From an uncultured Candidatus Kuenenia sp. (GTDB lineage: Bacteria; Planctomycetota; Planctomycetia; Pirellulales; UBA1268): a stretch of DNA of 36,913 bases. Under the pieces are notes generated by a model. It had not been told where the DNA came from. It searched no databases and saw only the letters and a program-made list of their open reading frames with translations. This document shows, piece by piece, positions 33,093 through 36,913 of this stretch. Position 1 is the stretch's first letter, and the number at the start of each line of letters is the position of its first letter. Both the position numbers and the translations under genes were made by a program. Where the stretch lies: NCBI GenBank assembly GCA_964640405.1, contig CAZXIG010000002.1:1-36913 (forward strand). Reading direction: 5' to 3'.

Positions 33093-34070
33093 TCACTGCT
33101 TCTGGAGGTTCCGGAGCAGAAAGTCGATGTGCGCTTCGTCGTTCCAGCCCGCCGTGCCGGGGTAACTTACGGTGGCTTCGACGCCGAGGGCGTCGAGAGT
33201 TTCCTTCAATTTCATTCCGTGGGCCGCGCCATGAACGGAATCGAGTTGTGGCTGGCCTGCGGGCTGTGGAGCCGCCGAGTAATTCAGAAAGACGGGCGGA
33301 TCATCCCCGCTGGCGTGTTCAATCGGTGAATATTCCCTGATCCACGGCAAAATGTCGTCTCGCGCTGCCAGGCAGGCGGCCATGTCGCTGACCTCTCGCC
33401 CGCCCTCACGTTTAACAAATCCAAAGGCATGGCCGCCGTATCTGGGCGATTTAAACCACTGCTGAAGTTGTTGCGGATCGAGGCTCGATTGGGCATTCAC
33501 AATGCCGACGCACGCCGGACGGCTGGACTCCCGTGCCACCGGGTCCGAACTTTGCGGATCCGCCATGTCGGGGTGCATGGCCAGCCAGAGGCTCGAGCAG
33601 CCGCCAGCCGAACTGCCGGTGAGGCCCAGGCGATCCTTGTCCATATTCCATTCACTTGCCTTGTGGCGAATGAATTGGACGGCGCGTGCGGCGTCACGCA
33701 AGGGCCACTCCACCGGTGGAGTGATGCCGGCCTTCCGGGCCTGAGGGACCAGGCGGTATTCGACCGCCACGAGCGAAACACCGCTGGCCAGGATCCTCCG
33801 GAGTCCTTCGCCGCGCTTGTTGTGTTTGCCGAAGACATCGGTGCGAATGATGCCGCCGGCAGTGCCGCCCCACCACCCTCCTCCATGGATGTAGACCATG
33901 ACCGGCGCCGGGCCCGTGGAGCGGGCCTGATAGACGTCCACGAACTGTTGCGGAGCGCCGCCATACGGAACCCGCGCGAATGTCGGGTGAATGAGCGGTT
34001 CGGTGGCTTCTTCCGCAGTCACAACGCCAGCGAAGCCCAGGAAAATGAACATGAAAACCAAGCGTTGCAT
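33093..34070 (-). CDS. Exported alpha/beta-fold esterase (hormone-sensitive-lipase-like / carbohydrate-esterase-like)
   Basis: Signal MQRLVFMFIFLGFAGVVTA. Oxyanion-hole motif VYIHGGGWWGG. Nucleophile elbow GSSAGG. Its ATG lies 3 nt after the stop of the upstream gene. Confidence 0.82.
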   Translation of the reverse strand: MQRLVFMFIFLGFAGVVTAEEATEPLIHPTFARVPYGGAPQQFVDVYQARSTGPAPVMVYIHGGGWWGGTAGGIIRTDVFGKHNKRGEGLRRILASGVSLVAVEYRLVPQARKAGITPPVEWPLRDAARAVQFIRHKASEWNMDKDRLGLTGSSAGGCSSLWLAMHPDMADPQSSDPVARESSRPACVGIVNAQSSLDPQQLQQWFKSPRYGGHAFGFVKREGGREVSDMAACLAARDDILPWIREYSPIEHASGDDPPVFLNYSAAPQPAGQPQLDSVHGAAHGMKLKETLDALGVEATVSYPGTAGWNDEAHIDFLLRNLQKQ

Positions 34071-34073
34071 GGA

Positions 34074-36038
34074 TCACTCCGCTGTATTCCGGCCGGACAT
34101 ATGAAGGCGAGAGCCGTTTTCCAGGCGCATGGGTTCGCGTGGCGAATGGATCCACCGGACGTCTTCCATGGTCACGCTGGGAACGTTGTCGAATTCCACG
34201 ACTGTTTTCTCGAGCGTGCATCTCCTAAAGGCGATATCCCAGGCGTTGTCCACGTTGAGCGTGAGGCGGTCCCAGATGAAACAGTCTTCAAAGACAACGC
34301 CGCGCGGACGGGGGCGGTCAGCTCCCGAATAGATCCAGAAATGAATGTTGTCCAAATGGCAGGCCTGAAACTGGATGGGACATCGCAAACGGACGCTGGC
34401 CGCCTTTCCGAGGCGGGTCGTCTTGCAGTCACGGATGACCATGTCGCGGTTGAAGGTATCTTCATTGAGCGCGTAGTGCGCTGCCGAGAGGTCGAGCGTT
34501 CGGTCGAGCGTGAGACAGCCCTGCCGGGCGTCGATCGTGGCGATGCGGGCAATGCCCACCCGTTCCCGCTGGGGCAGGTCCCAAAAACTGATCCAATCGC
34601 CGGGGCGCCAACTTGTCATCCGGCCATTGTCCAGCCGCACGCTCGTGCCCGACGCCTCTCGTACGGTGGCGAGCACCAGATACGGGCTGAACAGGTCGTC
34701 ATACATGAGGCCGCCGTCGAATGTGCCCTTTTCGATCAAGATGCCAAACCGATTGGCGTGAACATGCCACCCGTCCCGCCAGCCCACGAACAGCTCAGTT
34801 GACGGTGTGGGCGTCTGGATGTCGACCCCGGAAAATGTGACCGGCCCCCAATTGTCCGACGGAACAAATCCCATGTTGCAGTAGGAGTGGACGCAGACGT
34901 CGCGAACCGTCACCCGTCCGCTGTCGTGCACCACACAAAAGGCCAGCCCGTTATCGGATCGCTGGCCAAAATCCTTTTCCGGAACCACAAGCTCGGTGGC
35001 GTTGTTGTCCCTCGTTGCCTGCAGCCGCGCCTTCATGTCGTTGCGGAAAAAGACCCGTAGCCGCCGTCCGGTCGCGTCGAGTGGTTCAACGCGATCCATG
35101 TAGAGATGGAGCGAGCCCCCGACGCGCGCTAGCCCAGGCTCCTCCCAAAAGCACCGGCTGAATTGGCGACTCAACCATGTGCCGGTCTTGGGAACGACAT
35201 ACCGCTGTGGTACCTCGATGTCCATCGTGAGCGTTCCGGGGCGCAGGTCGTATTCAAGAATCCGCCCCTGAAAATATGGAAGGGGATCGTGCGCGACCGT
35301 GAAGCCGCTGATCTCTATGTTTTCGGCGTGCGTGATGACCGCAAACTCAAAGGCGGGGTGCATGACGATCCTCGCACCGTTTCCCTCCAGTTTGATGTTT
35401 TTCGCTGACTGCAGGTCAAAGCAATGGCCACCCTCGACAAAGTATGTTTTCGTGGGATCGAAGCGGATGATGCCGCCGCCGGCCGTTCGAGCGGCCCGTA
35501 GCAGCTCCTGGATCACCGGCCTGTCGTTCTTCTTGCCATCGCCCGCCGCACCGGCCTGCTGCATGTCGAAGATCTTGAGGCCCGAAAACGTCGGAGTGCC
35601 AAGGGCGGCCTGAAACCCCACGCGGTAGCTCGACCCTCCCTGGGGAACGGCGGCAACCTCGATGACGTCTCCGATTCTCAGGCCCTCGAGGCGTGTTTCA
35701 AACCTGGTTACGGCACTGCCGGCCGGGGCAGTCACGGTCTTCATCTCCTTGCCGCCGGCCCGAATGGCCAACGTGACGCCGTCGCCGACAGCGTCGACCT
35801 CAACCCAGGCGCCGCCGATCTGATAATCGCCAGCTGCTTTGACTTCATGCGACCAGTTCATGGGCCGAGAGGTGGCCGGTGCATCGACGTCAAAGACAAT
35901 CGTCGCCCGCTCGGCGGCCCTCGTCTCCGTCGGGGAAATGAGCGACCGGCTGTCTTCTTCCGGCGACGCACTGCCCGCGAAGCCCAGAATGAGGATCAGG
36001 ACAATCATCCGGTGCATGGATTTCGCCGCCGTGGTCAT
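34074..36038 (-). CDS. Exported right-handed parallel beta-helix protein (pectate-lyase-superfamily-like), function unknown
   Basis: Start taken at MTTAAKSMHRMIVLILILGFAGSASP (ATG 36038, 5 nt after the upstream stop). GDGKKNDRPVIQELLRAARTAGGGIIRFDPTKTYFV is the typical N-cap of pectate_lyase_3-type helices. Repetitive beta-helix-like segments follow. Confidence 0.75.
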   Translation of the reverse strand: MTTAAKSMHRMIVLILILGFAGSASPEEDSRSLISPTETRAAERATIVFDVDAPATSRPMNWSHEVKAAGDYQIGGAWVEVDAVGDGVTLAIRAGGKEMKTVTAPAGSAVTRFETRLEGLRIGDVIEVAAVPQGGSSYRVGFQAALGTPTFSGLKIFDMQQAGAAGDGKKNDRPVIQELLRAARTAGGGIIRFDPTKTYFVEGGHCFDLQSAKNIKLEGNGARIVMHPAFEFAVITHAENIEISGFTVAHDPLPYFQGRILEYDLRPGTLTMDIEVPQRYVVPKTGTWLSRQFSRCFWEEPGLARVGGSLHLYMDRVEPLDATGRRLRVFFRNDMKARLQATRDNNATELVVPEKDFGQRSDNGLAFCVVHDSGRVTVRDVCVHSYCNMGFVPSDNWGPVTFSGVDIQTPTPSTELFVGWRDGWHVHANRFGILIEKGTFDGGLMYDDLFSPYLVLATVREASGTSVRLDNGRMTSWRPGDWISFWDLPQRERVGIARIATIDARQGCLTLDRTLDLSAAHYALNEDTFNRDMVIRDCKTTRLGKAASVRLRCPIQFQACHLDNIHFWIYSGADRPRPRGVVFEDCFIWDRLTLNVDNAWDIAFRRCTLEKTVVEFDNVPSVTMEDVRWIHSPREPMRLENGSRLHMSGRNTAE

Positions 36039-36043
36039 GGACG

Positions 36044-36913
36044 CTAAGGAGAGACTTTTATTTCCGGCACGTCGGCCGCATGTTTGTTGTGCGACGTGTG
36101 GAGATTCAGCGTCTTCTCGGCCGTGATCCACGCTCCCTGCTTGGGAGGTGTCGAGGATGCAAACTCGTTGTCGGTGATCGTCACTCCGTCGTAGCCGCGG
36201 ACCGCAATCGCCGATTCGCGAGCTTCGGTGATCTTGTTACCGCGGACGATCACGTTGCTGCCGAGGCCCGAGGTGGACCACACTTCGATCGGTGTCCACC
36301 CACAGCGAACGATGGTGTTGCCGCTGACGACGACATCGTGGGCGCCGTGGCCGGAAACCTCAGAGGGGTAGCCGGCGAGCACGGCGTTGCCGTTGAGGTT
36401 CTCGAAGTGATTGTCGGCGATCCAGGCCCGCGTGCCATTGAACTTCACGCCGTGGGCGCGGCCTCCGATGTGACTGTTGCGGCGATAGACGAAGTCTTCG
36501 TTGCTCTGAGCGTCGCGGTAGAGAAACACCTTCGACCAGTCTCCCGACACGTCGCGGCCGATGGCAGCAGAGAACTCGGCGAGCGAACGATCGAGCTGCA
36601 CTCGCTCACCCTGCACGGCCGTCGCCGTCGCTGCCGCGCCACGGCCGTTCGCGGTGTTCACAAGCGCGACCCGATCGCCAGCCCGCACGTAATTGCCGCC
36701 GATCCTGACGGCATCTGCTCCGTCGATGGCCTTGATTCCCTGTCGAAACGATTGCTGCGCGGGACCGTCGTCTGCAAGACACTCGAATTCGCAGCCCTCG
36801 ATCCACTCGCCGATGCGACCGCTGGCGCAGTGTGAGTGGCCGCCGAAATAGTCATGCGCCGCGAGCCGCTTCACCTTGACGTTCAGAATGCTCTTCGCGT
36901 TGTCATTGCCGCC
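36044..36913 (-). CDS. Right-handed beta-helix repeat protein, 5'-truncated by the window end
   Basis: The frame stays open to the window edge (GGNDNAKSILNVKVKRL...). The M in the ORF track is a GTG, so the gene probably starts beyond 36913. Beta-helix repeats: NHFENLNGNAVLAG, VVVSGNTIVRCGW, NVIVRGNKITEARESAIAV, VTITDNEF. Confidence 0.75.
   Translation of the reverse strand, partial: GGNDNAKSILNVKVKRLAAHDYFGGHSHCASGRIGEWIEGCEFECLADDGPAQQSFRQGIKAIDGADAVRIGGNYVRAGDRVALVNTANGRGAAATATAVQGERVQLDRSLAEFSAAIGRDVSGDWSKVFLYRDAQSNEDFVYRRNSHIGGRAHGVKFNGTRAWIADNHFENLNGNAVLAGYPSEVSGHGAHDVVVSGNTIVRCGWTPIEVWSTSGLGSNVIVRGNKITEARESAIAVRGYDGVTITDNEFASSTPPKQGAWITAEKTLNLHTSHNKHAADVPEIKVSP

Noticed and set aside
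1-36913. Search for tRNA/rRNA genes, transposases, integrases, phage or defence-system genes
   Set aside because: No T-arm-like GGTTCGAATCC-type motifs occur in the intergenic regions, and no ORF carries recognisable DDE, tyrosine- or serine-recombinase, Cas, restriction or abortive-infection motifs. The only TA-like element is the orphan antitoxin-like gene.

Overview
High-GC chromosomal segment with gene content typical of Planctomycetota (PVC superphylum). Hallmarks are PSCyt1 cytochrome-c domains, a DUF1549/DUF1553 + DUF1501 pair, a DUF1559 (HX9DG) pilin-like protein, an autotransporter-beta-strand-repeat PEP-CTERM protein and exported WD40 propellers. I support about 24 CDS, 4 gene relics or pseudogenes, several repeats and a few hairpins or palindromes. 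I saw no rRNA, tRNA, CRISPR array, transposase or integrase.

Layout:
- 91-2925: cytochrome-c/WD40 protein.
- 3195-4871: gmd and gntK, divergent.
- 4959-7184: minus-strand ars locus (arsR, arsC relic, DUF6428, MIP channel, arsC, DUF6428 relic), bracketed by a 199-bp direct repeat spaced 1603 bp apart.
- 7268-7513: orphan antitoxin-like gene.
- 7783-11886: 1367-aa secreted multidomain HExxH protein.
- 11924-13046: decayed galK and a 3' relic of an FAD oxidoreductase.
- 13371-20027: minus-strand module of flavoprotein fusion, PSCyt1/DUF1549/DUF1553 and Tat-DUF1501.
- 20226-23760: exported alpha/beta hydrolase and a WD40 protein.
- 23821-28001: PEP-CTERM repeat protein translationally coupled to a DUF1559 protein.
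- 28227-36913: XylR-type regulator next to a minus-strand glycan-type locus (two beta-helix proteins, esterase, cytoplasmic FAD oxidoreductase, MFS transporter).

Most interesting to me:
- The flavoprotein/cytochrome/DUF1501 module.
- The chimeric, heme-less tail of the flavoprotein.
- The duplication-degeneration history of the ars locus.
- The unusual density of deletion-type gene decay between 5 and 18 kb.

All family assignments come from motif recognition by eye and need HMM or structure confirmation. Many long ORFs in the supplied track are GC-driven antisense artefacts.
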